Below, in pieces: positions 18,854 through 28,734 of a stretch of 50,390 nt of DNA; positions within the stretch are counted from its first letter, which is position 1, and every line of letters begins with the position of its first letter. Source of the stretch: Trichomonas gallinae. Taxonomy: Eukaryota. Position numbers and translations under genes: made by a program. The stretch is from NCBI GenBank assembly GCA_008369845.1, contig MRSU01005260.1:1-50390 (forward strand). The letters run 5' to 3'. The notes beneath the pieces were generated by a model, which was given only the letters and a program-made list of their open reading frames with translations, had not been told where the DNA came from and made no database searches.

Positions 18854-19131
18854 TTCTGTATATTGTTTTTTACACTTAAAATTGTTATATTTTTAAATTT
18901 TTCATTTTATTTCTTTTGTAAGCATTCAAATAAGAATCTAAATAACCATAATTACTTTACTATACCCATTAATATAAAATTTCATCAAATATTCTAATTG
19001 TCATTGATATGATCATATCATAATCGCTATTTCTTTCCTTTTCTGTTTTATTTTTAGGAGTTATGAAAATTGTTAATTTATGAAAAAATATTTATAGGAT
19101 GATTTCATTTATATTAATCTAAACAGAATAT

Positions 19132-22100
19132 TTATTCAAAAACAATTGCTGGTAATTCTTTTGGTTCCTTTTCCATTCTCTTATCTGATAATTGAGCAAC
19201 GTCACCTCCGACTTGTTGAAGAAGAACGTTTCCTGCTTTGCCGATGAGCGAGAATATAGCAGACGTTGGACCGGTAACTAGTGCAACCATTGTTTTTCCT
19301 GCGCCTTTCACACCACCCAATACACCACCATTCTGGAAGCCTTCGACCGGCAGCTCAATCATCTGCGAAATTCTTCTGCCGAAGTCATCATCTTGCTGAT
19401 TCTCTCCACGTTGCAGTGGCGAGATGTGGCCAAGCGTGCTTGCCAGTGAAGACGAAAAGCTAACAATGCTCTCAAGTGCGCCAATAGATATCGACCTTAC
19501 CAGTGAAACAGATCCATGCGTCAATCCGCCAACGAAACTTCCTTGCTGTTTGAAACTCTGCACGAACTCGTTGACTCCTGATATGCTCTGCGTGACAATT
19601 GCGCTTGGGCTTCCAATCAAGCTCAGCGATGTCAATGCTGCTGGAACTGCGACAATCAGGTCTGATATATAATGTGCAATGATGGATTCGACGATTTGGA
19701 CGCCGAATGTTTCTGTGTTTTCGATGTGCAACGTTGAGAGTTGTATTGGGACATCTTTGAAAACTGCATGTATAAACGATTGCGTTGATAATGAGAGCCT
19801 GAACTCTGTCTGATCAACATGCAATACTCTTACGAAAGAGGGTAGCAAGTTCTTTGTTCCTGGGGTTTCTTCTTTGCTTTGTTCTGGCTGCGGGATAAGC
19901 TTAACGAGCGACAAAGCATATCTGACCAAAGATTCTTCGATGTTTATCATTGTTGGGGCAATGCTTAAGTGGAATAAATCAACATACAATCCACCATTAA
20001 ATGTCTGACCGAGCTTGAGAGTGAAATTAAGCAGTGGCTTTTCGTCGTCAACTTTTCCGAAAATAACTGGGAAGTTCTCGTGTCCGGAAAGCGAGTCTAT
20101 TTGGAGAGCATCGAGAACAACTGATAGAGTGACTCCGCCATATTGCTGAATCATGCCTTCGATAGAAAGAGGAGAAACTGTGATGCATAAAATTTCGTTC
20201 GAAATTCCGGGGTTCGTTGTGTCGTTGTAGATTCTGACTTTGACGTCAGCCAGGAAAACAGAGAAGATAATCTTCGGCTGTGCTTGTATAGGAATGAGTG
20301 TTGTTGACACCAAAGTGATTCTGCTTTGTGTTCCGCTGATTTCAACTCTGCCGTAAATCTTCGCCATGCCGGATACAAAAGTCGACTCCATTGGCGACTG
20401 GAGGTTGACGACGAAAGGATCAGCACCTGTTCTCGAGAAGACGAGGAATATAGGAACATCTTTTCCGAAGCAAACTGATTGCGCGAGAACTCTAAGTGAA
20501 TGCTTGAATGAAGGTGAAGTGACGTCAAATGACAAAGGTGTTTGATTGTCAATTGTTAATGGCGGAGCATTGTCTGCATGGAATACAATTGTGTGCGGAT
20601 CAGTCTTTGACTGCACGCTATATGTTACGTATGTTGAACTCGAACAGCTCGGGAATGAGCCTGAAAATGCACGAATCAAATATTGATTGCCATCGAGATC
20701 AACTGGCTCGGTGAAACCAGCCTCAGAACTCAGTGAAAATGAGACTAAATGCTTGCTGCCACGCCACAGCAAAAGCTGGGCCTGCGTTTCTGGTGGAAGC
20801 TCTGTAGAAGAGTTCAGCCAGATGCTGTCGCTGCTTTCGTTAATTGCTACGTATTTCGGATAAACAGCGGCTCTGTCATCTTGAACGTCAGCGATGAGCA
20901 AAAGGTTTCCGTTGTTTGTTGAGATAGTCAAGTCTCTTCTTGATGGTATAGGGATGCCTTTAGACCAATGCACTTTACCTTTATGCTCAAAGCCAACGAA
21001 AATACCGCGTGGCATAACCGTGGACTCTAAAACAATAGTTTTGTCAGATTCAACTAAAACAGGCTTCATTTCTGTGGCCTTGAAATACAAAGGAACAGCG
21101 GCACCATTGTAGAAATAGAAGGAAGGACCGATAACGATCGTGTTTGTCTCTGGAACAGTTTCAATGACAGCAGGTTTACCCATAATCATCAGTCTATGCT
21201 TCTGGCCTCTTGCCAACGGAAAACCGACTTTCATAGATGTTCCATTATCGAAAACTATTGACTGATCTGTTAGCTGTGAGATGTACTTCTGTGAATTTGG
21301 AGGAACAACACCAGCCGATGTGACGATGTGAACTGGTAAACGATTTTTGACGACTAAGACTGGCAAAAGTGAAAATTCTTGTACTTTGTGTTTCTGTCCT
21401 CCCTGGCAGTCAACTTCTATTTCGCGATAAACAATCCACGCGCAGAACTGCGGCGCGCAGAGATAAATCGGTGGTAATTGGTTCAAGACTTCGCAAACAA
21501 TGAATTTTGTTCCCGTGTTGTGAAGTGGATCAAGTTGAATTGGTTTCGAATTGTCTGTAATCCCAACAATTTGCAAGCTGAGATTAAACCGTTTATCCAA
21601 GAAGAGAGATGATGTTCCGTAGTCGTCTATGCCTATTTGCTTCTTTATTGGTTTAACGAATGACTCGTCTGAGATTTGAATTTCGATCGGTGCCATCAAA
21701 AAGTTCCTGAAAACTGTCGACGACAAGATTGTAACTCTAAATGCGAAAGGAGCAACAATTTCAACGCAAATGTAATTAGTGTTCGATATATGGTAGTTAC
21801 CTGGCTGATTCAGCATAATAATTAATGACAATGTAGGGAAATTGATGAAGTGAACTTGTTTTTCATTAAAAGTCACAACCTTTGATTGACCTGGGAGAAT
21901 CTCTGTCAACTCGTTTGAACTAGAAACGTGATAAACGTAAGGAGTATCGGACTTGTTGATGACAGTATATGCTATTGAACTTGCCAAATCCATTGTCATG
22001 GCAAACCTTGCGGCATCGCTTAAAATCGCTGGAACAACATTCAGCGAAATCGACGGAATTTTTATTGATGCTGCGATTGTATCTGATCCTATTTGCGTCT

Positions 22101-23949
22101 GCAAAATATTCGCGTATCTGTGCTTGACCATATTGTCAGGCAGATAATTATCAATAGCCATCATAATAGATAATGAAAGATGAATTGTAGGAACATCGAA
22201 AATCGAACACATTGTTCTATTTCTGAGATTCGAGCATAATACCGAAACACCAAACTGCGCGTGGACTCTTGTTGTCAATAATGGACCGATTATACCATTA
22301 GCGTGCACGCTTGTGATTGAAACAGCTGCAACTGGAAGCTCGAGGGAATCAGCTGTGACGAGAATGTTGCCGATTTTCAGGTCCATGTTTACCGCCTGAG
22401 ACAAAATTTCTGAATAAAGATAAGAGAATTTGATTTTCTCCAAAATGTCGGGATAGTTTACAACTTCTTTCGGTAAAACTAGTTGGAACTTATAGAGAGG
22501 AATCATCTGTTGGTTGTCCATAGAGAACTCGTCGCTGATTTTGCTGATTTCGAATGAAGAAAAGGCAATCATCGAATTTGTTGAAGCATCCCAAACTCTA
22601 AGCATAATATTGTCACCATAAGCAAACGCGCCGCCGAAAGAGAAGCCGGATGGAATCACATCAGAAGGGAACTCGAAGTTAACAAGCTTGCCGATAGTTG
22701 AAAGCTTCGGCGCTTCGATGATTTTTATTGTTTTTTCGGGGAATTTTGGCGGTGGAGGGTAGATAGGTGGTGGTGTTCCTGGTGGCGAGTTCATGATGAA
22801 CTTTTCGACATCAGGAGGGAGTGGAAATGCTGGCAGAGGTGGAAGTTCTACCTTGATTCCTTTGATTTGGTCGATTAAATCTTTTGATAATGGAATTGCA
22901 AGCTTCAGCATCTCTATTTCTATGAATAATTTTATTGTTCGGTCTATCTGTAGTAGTTTTCCTGATATGAGAGATGGTTCAAACACAGGAATGACGCCAT
23001 CGCGAATTAAAAGTCTCATCTCGATCGGCCTGATCTCGAAATTGTTGTTTTTAAGTTTAAGTTTGTTGATGGAGAGCTCAACACCAAGCGTATTTGATAA
23101 ATAAACAACAACGAAAATTCCATCAATATGAATATTAAGTTTTGGAAGAGGAACGAATTTCTGTTCTTGCTTAGGTTGCGAGAACTTCGATACCATTTCG
23201 AGAATTGGCGTTAATACCAGTAGATTTATTGCAATTCTCACTGGAGTCAAAGATTTAACAATTATTTCGTTATTTGGTCTAATATTGATTTGTAATGAAA
23301 GATCTTTGATTAAATCGAAGAAATCTGGCACAGAGAAGTTGATTGTAAGGTCTGTTATCGTGATATCTGTTTTTTCTTCTGATGCTGAAATATCTGTGTC
23401 GTTAATGATGATTTGCAGTAGTAAATTGTTATATTTAAGTGATGCTTTGAGATTTTTAAGCTGAACAATAGTTTGCCCATTTATTATATGAACATAAACC
23501 GATGATGCTATTAAATTCACTTGTATTCCTTTTATATTCAGGCTAATAGACACACCATCTATGTTTATTTCAATATTTGACGTTAATTTTGTAATAAAAT
23601 TTTGTTTCTGCTGTTTTTGCGCATCATTTTCGGCATTTTCTTCCTTTTTTGGCTTTTCTGGCTTTGGTTCCGTTCGCTCGTTAATTGCCAGAGCTAATTC
23701 TACAGAATGAACATCAACACTAATCGGATTTGTTCCTGGTGTAAGAATTGGTAATTTTGCTTTGATTCTAGATGTAGCTACCTTTTCTAATGACAACCTT
23801 GATTTCGAACTTTTTAAAATTTGATTAATTCCGTCAACATTAATTGCAAAATCATCAATCGTGGCTTCTCCTTTCCAAAGAGGCAATGAATCAATTTTAA
23901 TGGTGCTAATGTATGTTTTGGCAACTGTTTTCACAATTGCATTAATCAA
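19132..23949 (-). CDS. Short VPS13-family (VPS13B-like) bridge lipid-transfer protein; start codon uncertain
   Basis: Chorein_N-like LINAIVKTVAKTYI...LWKGEATIDDFAIN; beta-rich body; C-terminal HYISDL...SLIGSPSAIV...FVGGLTHGSVSLV and EGFQNGGVLGGVKGAGK. Proposed start is TTG at 23949; first in-frame ATG is at 23196. Confidence 0.75.
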   Translation of the reverse strand: MINAIVKTVAKTYISTIKIDSLPLWKGEATIDDFAINVDGINQILKSSKSRLSLEKVATSRIKAKLPILTPGTNPISVDVHSVELALAINERTEPKPEKPKKEENAENDAQKQQKQNFITKLTSNIEINIDGVSISLNIKGIQVNLIASSVYVHIINGQTIVQLKNLKASLKYNNLLLQIIINDTDISASEEKTDITITDLTINFSVPDFFDLIKDLSLQINIRPNNEIIVKSLTPVRIAINLLVLTPILEMVSKFSQPKQEQKFVPLPKLNIHIDGIFVVVYLSNTLGVELSINKLKLKNNNFEIRPIEMRLLIRDGVIPVFEPSLISGKLLQIDRTIKLFIEIEMLKLAIPLSKDLIDQIKGIKVELPPLPAFPLPPDVEKFIMNSPPGTPPPIYPPPPKFPEKTIKIIEAPKLSTIGKLVNFEFPSDVIPSGFSFGGAFAYGDNIMLRVWDASTNSMIAFSSFEISKISDEFSMDNQQMIPLYKFQLVLPKEVVNYPDILEKIKFSYLYSEILSQAVNMDLKIGNILVTADSLELPVAAVSITSVHANGIIGPLLTTRVHAQFGVSVLCSNLRNRTMCSIFDVPTIHLSLSIMMAIDNYLPDNMVKHRYANILQTQIGSDTIAASIKIPSISLNVVPAILSDAARFAMTMDLASSIAYTVINKSDTPYVYHVSSSNELTEILPGQSKVVTFNEKQVHFINFPTLSLIIMLNQPGNYHISNTNYICVEIVAPFAFRVTILSSTVFRNFLMAPIEIQISDESFVKPIKKQIGIDDYGTSSLFLDKRFNLSLQIVGITDNSKPIQLDPLHNTGTKFIVCEVLNQLPPIYLCAPQFCAWIVYREIEVDCQGGQKHKVQEFSLLPVLVVKNRLPVHIVTSAGVVPPNSQKYISQLTDQSIVFDNGTSMKVGFPLARGQKHRLMIMGKPAVIETVPETNTIVIGPSFYFYNGAAVPLYFKATEMKPVLVESDKTIVLESTVMPRGIFVGFEHKGKVHWSKGIPIPSRRDLTISTNNGNLLLIADVQDDRAAVYPKYVAINESSDSIWLNSSTELPPETQAQLLLWRGSKHLVSFSLSSEAGFTEPVDLDGNQYLIRAFSGSFPSCSSSTYVTYSVQSKTDPHTIVFHADNAPPLTIDNQTPLSFDVTSPSFKHSLRVLAQSVCFGKDVPIFLVFSRTGADPFVVNLQSPMESTFVSGMAKIYGRVEISGTQSRITLVSTTLIPIQAQPKIIFSVFLADVKVRIYNDTTNPGISNEILCITVSPLSIEGMIQQYGGVTLSVVLDALQIDSLSGHENFPVIFGKVDDEKPLLNFTLKLGQTFNGGLYVDLFHLSIAPTMINIEESLVRYALSLVKLIPQPEQSKEETPGTKNLLPSFVRVLHVDQTEFRLSLSTQSFIHAVFKDVPIQLSTLHIENTETFGVQIVESIIAHYISDLIVAVPAALTSLSLIGSPSAIVTQSISGVNEFVQSFKQQGSFVGGLTHGSVSLVRSISIGALESIVSFSSSLASTLGHISPLQRGENQQDDDFGRRISQMIELPVEGFQNGGVLGGVKGAGKTMVALVTGPTSAIFSLIGKAGNVLLQQVGGDVAQLSDKRMEKEPKELPAIVFE

Positions 23950-24470
23950 TTTGACGAATGGATGAAGAATTTTTGTTGGCCTTGAAAAAAATGCAATTTT
24001 TTTTGGATAAAACACTTTACTGTACCACAAAGATGCCGAATATAATAATAAAAAGTTTCTGAATTTACGATCATTATTTTTGACATGTAAAATAAAAATT
24101 TAATCGCGATCAAATTTACATGTCATAATTTCCAAACTTCAATTTTTCATTCACTCATAATAGCATTTATCTGACATTGTAAAATTTCCCTATTTGACAT
24201 AAGGATGCCGAAAAGTGGGGTATAACTAAATGATGATTACCATGTACTGACTTTTGTGTATGAGCCAAATGGGTTACCTATTTTTTTATTGTTGATGTGT
24301 GCTTGTCATTCAGTTTGAAGCCGCTCCCCATCAAATTCAGAATTCTGAATTCAAATCAGATCTGATGCGTTCCCAAATATGCATAGATTTTATATAATAT
24401 ATTTGTTTTGTGCCAAAATTGATATTATAAATCTAATGGTTAGAATAGTTTTTAATAATAAACAAAAAAA

Positions 24471-27400
24471 TTAAACAGCATCTTTCTCTATCGCATTGTA
24501 TTCTTCCTTTCCTTTTCTCTTCTCGATGGCCTTTCTAGCGCCGATGTTGACGAGAATCGTTGCAATTGTGTGTACAATAGCTGCAGCGAATAGGAACCAC
24601 GAGCCACTTTCGAGTGTTGTTACGACATCGAAACATGTTTCGTGGCCTTTAATTAGGTCTTCCTGCGAGAAGAAAGTCTTAATGATTGGATCAATTGCAT
24701 CACATTTGTCGCCAACCATGAATCTTGCGAACTGAGAAATTTCGAGAACAGCGGCGAGGATTGAGACAATGAAAACATCGAGGCAGCTCCAAGCGTACAA
24801 AACTTCAGCGGCAACATAGCATCCCTTCATCGCCTTGAAGCTCATAGGAATAAGCCACATGAAGAACATCAATAAAACATGCGCAACAGGTGTAATGATG
24901 GCGATGACTATGTACAAAGCTTGGGTGAATCTGACAGTGAACGAATTAGGATATTCAGCGGCATCTGGAAGTTGAATAGCCAAGTCGATAACAGAGTAAT
25001 GCTTTTCGTGTTTCGTGTTCAATAAATTCAATGCCCAGCCGGCCAATCCGACAAAATCGAAGCTGAAAGAAATAGCTCTCAAACCAACAAACAATAAACC
25101 GCCAGCAGCGACTGTCAACAGTATTGGGAAGTATTTGAGAGCCCAGTTGTCCTGGTAGTAATACATTGCGTGCTTTTCCTTGCATTCTTCAGGCAATTTC
25201 TCGTTCTCATTCCTGTCGACGTATCTCTCGAGTGCGAGCATGATATGCGAATTTGCGAGAGAAACAACAGTACCGAGCATGAGTGTCAAAAATCCATAGG
25301 CAGGATATACCCAGAGATTGACAGAAAATGGAGCGGTTATGACAGATGATATAATTGGGAAATACAAATCGAAGTTGAAAGCGATGAGCATCAAAACCAT
25401 GACGAATGAGTCGACGAGTGACCATTTACCAAGTGCATCGAGGAACTTAAGCCATTTCTCTCTCCTCATGGAGTTCATTGCTGGAGCTGGTAATATCCAG
25501 CACGCGAGCATCATAAATAGCTTCGTGTATGGCCATGCGCAAGACATGATAGCAATTAAAATGGACAATGCATATGTCTTTGCCTTCCACATCTCTTTGA
25601 CTGATCCGATGAGTGTGAAATCTTCAATGGACGGAAGAGAAACAAGTTTATCATCGCCGATCATGAATTTGCAGAAAACGCTGGCACCAATTCCAGTATT
25701 TGAGGAAATGAATATGGCAATGTTGAGGAGGACAAGAAGAGGCATAACAACTCTTGTTGTTGGAGATAATTTTGGCGTCATTAAAAGAGATGCCTTATCA
25801 TCAGTTCTAATGAAGCTTCCCCAGCAGGAAAGCTTGGCTGTTTCTTCATCTGTATAGAATATAGAATCGTGTGTGCCAAGTGTTTGAAGAGAATCAATGG
25901 TTCTGTACTTTTCGGTTATTTTAGCTAAAGTTGGACGCATCATGAGATAAATGATGAAGGCAAGAGCGAGTGCTGAGGCGCCAGCAATAACTGTCACCCA
26001 AAATCTGAAGTCCTTATAAGGATCTTCCGCGATATATGAACATTTTGCAGAAGATAGTTGCTTGGTGATGAGTTTGTTGATATTTTCAGTACCGAATTGG
26101 TTAACAAATGATGTTACGAATGTTGGAAGGATTGGTTTGTAGTTGTCAACAAAGAATTTGACAATTGTGTTGATAAATGCTCTAATTTCGGCTTCCATAT
26201 CACTAGTACCTGCTTCTAAAGATAGATGCTCTATAGACGTGTTGAAGTAAATGTATGTCATTCCTGTTCCTTCAGGAGATAATAATGTCATGAGACACTG
26301 CGGATTTGTGCATTGTGGGTCTGTCCAGTTAAGTCCATAATCTTTCTTATGGGCAACTTGTGCCTTGAATAACATCTGATTCTTTGTTAAATAAAGATCT
26401 AAATCAGCAACTTCACTTAAGTAAGTGTCTCCAGTGCTAACTTGAGTTCCATTGAAACTTACATTGATCATAAATGTAAGATTCAAGCCAAGAGCGTCCA
26501 TTCCTGTGTGTGTATCGAGAATATAAGCACTTTCAGGTTCTAGAATTGTAAAATCGTCCCAAGTGTTAAGACCAGAGAGGTTGAGGTCGAGTAACGAAAC
26601 ATTTATCGTTGTGTTTAAGTTTGGAACTGGATATGAAAATTCTAATGGTTTCGAATAATTAAAGTAATTCAATAATGACGCGATATTCATAAATCCACTA
26701 TTGTCGGTAAATCTATTTACGATGGAATTTAAGTTCAACGGTCCATTGGCGCCTGTGAAATTTGTAAGAACAAATCTAAGGACATCAACGAGATTTGATT
26801 CACGTAAATCTGACATATCTTGGCCAATTGGAATAACAATTGGTGATGTTCCGTTAAGATATGGTCTGATGATTTTATTTGCTGACTGGAAAGCTGATGT
26901 AATTTCATCGCCAAGAAGTTCATGTGTTTGCTTACACACGATTGGGCCAAGCTGAGCTTTCATCTGTGAGATAATGAATGATTTCAAAAGATTAAAAATG
27001 CTTTCCTCAACTGAGCTTGAAAAATGGGCTTCAAGGTCCATATCAGTAATAGCCATTGAGCACCTGTTCTCAGGTGAAATTACTGCTTTAATGAGTCCGT
27101 ATTCGTCTTTTTGGAAATCAAGACCGATTTGCGCTGCAACACCCTTAACTGTAGCATGTACTTGTGCATCTACAACTTTGGCGTGAATTGGTTTGATTGT
27201 AGTAATAACTAAATGTAAGTCCGATGTTGCTTGTATGGTAAACTTGAGTTCTAGGCCATCCTGGACCACTTTAGGATCAGGATAGAACTGGCTCTCAATG
27301 GATAGCAGGTCAATATCGTATACTTTAATATTAGATATGTTAATATCATATGTAATGAAACTCATTGTTGTTTCCGTGCCGAATCCATCGATTGAAATGT

Positions 27401-27494
27401 TAAGTTTCCTGATCCAGCACTTGAAATCGCACTGTTCTGCCCCGATTCCCCATGGAATGAAGCAGACAGCGAGGCTGAAAAACAAAGAAAACAT
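24471..27494 (-). CDS. Polytopic membrane protein: signal peptide, BPI/TULIP-like ectodomain and two PqiA-like domains
   Basis: Signal MFSLFFSLAVC; ~480 aa ectodomain; TM; repeated PqiA-type motifs LGKWSLVDSFVMVL and LYAWSCLDVFIVSILAA, each followed by GFL/GSWFLF helices. Confidence 0.7.
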   Translation of the reverse strand: MFSLFFSLAVCFIPWGIGAEQCDFKCWIRKLNISIDGFGTETTMSFITYDINISNIKVYDIDLLSIESQFYPDPKVVQDGLELKFTIQATSDLHLVITTIKPIHAKVVDAQVHATVKGVAAQIGLDFQKDEYGLIKAVISPENRCSMAITDMDLEAHFSSSVEESIFNLLKSFIISQMKAQLGPIVCKQTHELLGDEITSAFQSANKIIRPYLNGTSPIVIPIGQDMSDLRESNLVDVLRFVLTNFTGANGPLNLNSIVNRFTDNSGFMNIASLLNYFNYSKPLEFSYPVPNLNTTINVSLLDLNLSGLNTWDDFTILEPESAYILDTHTGMDALGLNLTFMINVSFNGTQVSTGDTYLSEVADLDLYLTKNQMLFKAQVAHKKDYGLNWTDPQCTNPQCLMTLLSPEGTGMTYIYFNTSIEHLSLEAGTSDMEAEIRAFINTIVKFFVDNYKPILPTFVTSFVNQFGTENINKLITKQLSSAKCSYIAEDPYKDFRFWVTVIAGASALALAFIIYLMMRPTLAKITEKYRTIDSLQTLGTHDSIFYTDEETAKLSCWGSFIRTDDKASLLMTPKLSPTTRVVMPLLVLLNIAIFISSNTGIGASVFCKFMIGDDKLVSLPSIEDFTLIGSVKEMWKAKTYALSILIAIMSCAWPYTKLFMMLACWILPAPAMNSMRREKWLKFLDALGKWSLVDSFVMVLMLIAFNFDLYFPIISSVITAPFSVNLWVYPAYGFLTLMLGTVVSLANSHIMLALERYVDRNENEKLPEECKEKHAMYYYQDNWALKYFPILLTVAAGGLLFVGLRAISFSFDFVGLAGWALNLLNTKHEKHYSVIDLAIQLPDAAEYPNSFTVRFTQALYIVIAIITPVAHVLLMFFMWLIPMSFKAMKGCYVAAEVLYAWSCLDVFIVSILAAVLEISQFARFMVGDKCDAIDPIIKTFFSQEDLIKGHETCFDVVTTLESGSWFLFAAAIVHTIATILVNIGARKAIEKRKGKEEYNAIEKDAV

Positions 27495-27675
27495 TTGAAA
27501 TTGGCGATGATGTAAAACCGCGTCATCTTTGACAATCAAAAATTTGAATGTGTAATTTATAATTCATTTAGCGAAAGCGAACAATGTTATATTATTAGAC
27601 TTGTTGTGTGTAGTCTATACTAGAAACCATTATTTGGTGCAGAATTATGCCTTATTGAGTAATATTGCATATCGT

Positions 27676-28064
27676 TGATTACGATTATTTCGGGCTCAAA
27701 AAATGGTGATAACGATTATTATGAATTCAAAAAATGTGATAACGATTATTTTTCTTTGAAAAATCCTTTGGTGAAAAATTTTAAAAACTGAAAAACAAGC
27801 ATCAATGTGTAGTTTTGGCCAATTTTACTTTTATTTTGGGCTCAAAAAAATGGAGTGACTATTATTTTGAAAAAAAAAAAAATGTAACGATTATTAACCT
27901 TTGAAAAATCATTTGGCGAAAAAAAATTGAAATAATCTAACAACTAACACCTTTAGATGCTTTATATGCTAAAATTAAAAGGATATTGGCCAATTATCTA
28001 TTTCCGAGTAATTTTGCTAAGGTGGCCGATAATTTTAATTCAAAAAAATGAAATAACGATTATT
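27676..28064. repeat. Nested degenerate repeats containing TAACGATTATT
   Basis: TGATWACGATTATT at 27676, 27707 and 27737; TAACGATTATT at 27885 and 28054; block GGGCTCAAAAAATGG...CTTTGAAAAATC.TTTGG.GAAAAA occurs twice. Confidence 0.8.
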
Positions 28065-28734
28065 TTCTATACAAATATAATTCTATTAGAAATAAGAGAA
28101 ATTATCATATGGTAAATCTTATTTACAGGCAAATATTTTGAGTCTTGAATTCTATCACGCCTGTAAAATTGCAAAAAAATGATTCATGAGATCTGTTATG
28201 CATTGGAAATTCTATCTGAAGAATCAAATATTCTTATATTCATTTTTCAGATTGATCTGTGTGAGTCAATGAATATCCAACAAATGAACGTGCTTTGATA
28301 TTTGTATCAGATCCATTTGTATATGTATGCATTTATATAAAGAAATACATGTCCAATTATGCTGATTTCAAAATTTTTCACAAGTTTTTTTGAGATCTTT
28401 CACTAAAATTTAATCACTCATTGATTAGAGTTTGTTATTATATAACACCGAGCATATAGATGCAATTGCCTCAAACGAATGTAGAACATTCAGAATTTTT
28501 GCGTTCATTTGACTATCAATACGAAATATATGATGTTTCTTTAATAATTATTTAGGATAGTTTGTATGTTTTGAAATAGACCTTGATTTTAATCACTTAT
28601 TCTATCTTGTGCAAAATTTTAAAATTGTTGATAATATTATACGTGATATTAGCAAGGAAATGATGTCATATGTAATACAATCTATAGCACTGTGTAATCT
28701 ATACTAATAGAATAATATAGCATGTTTAATAGTT

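Noticed and set aside
24204..24330. PPP phosphatase pseudogene (WGIT, GYLF, QFEAAP words)
   Set aside because: Spacing between the words is incompatible with the phosphatase fold; too little evidence.
27676..27750. CRISPR-like array
   Set aside because: Eukaryotic context, short degenerate repeats, spacers resemble each other, no cas genes.
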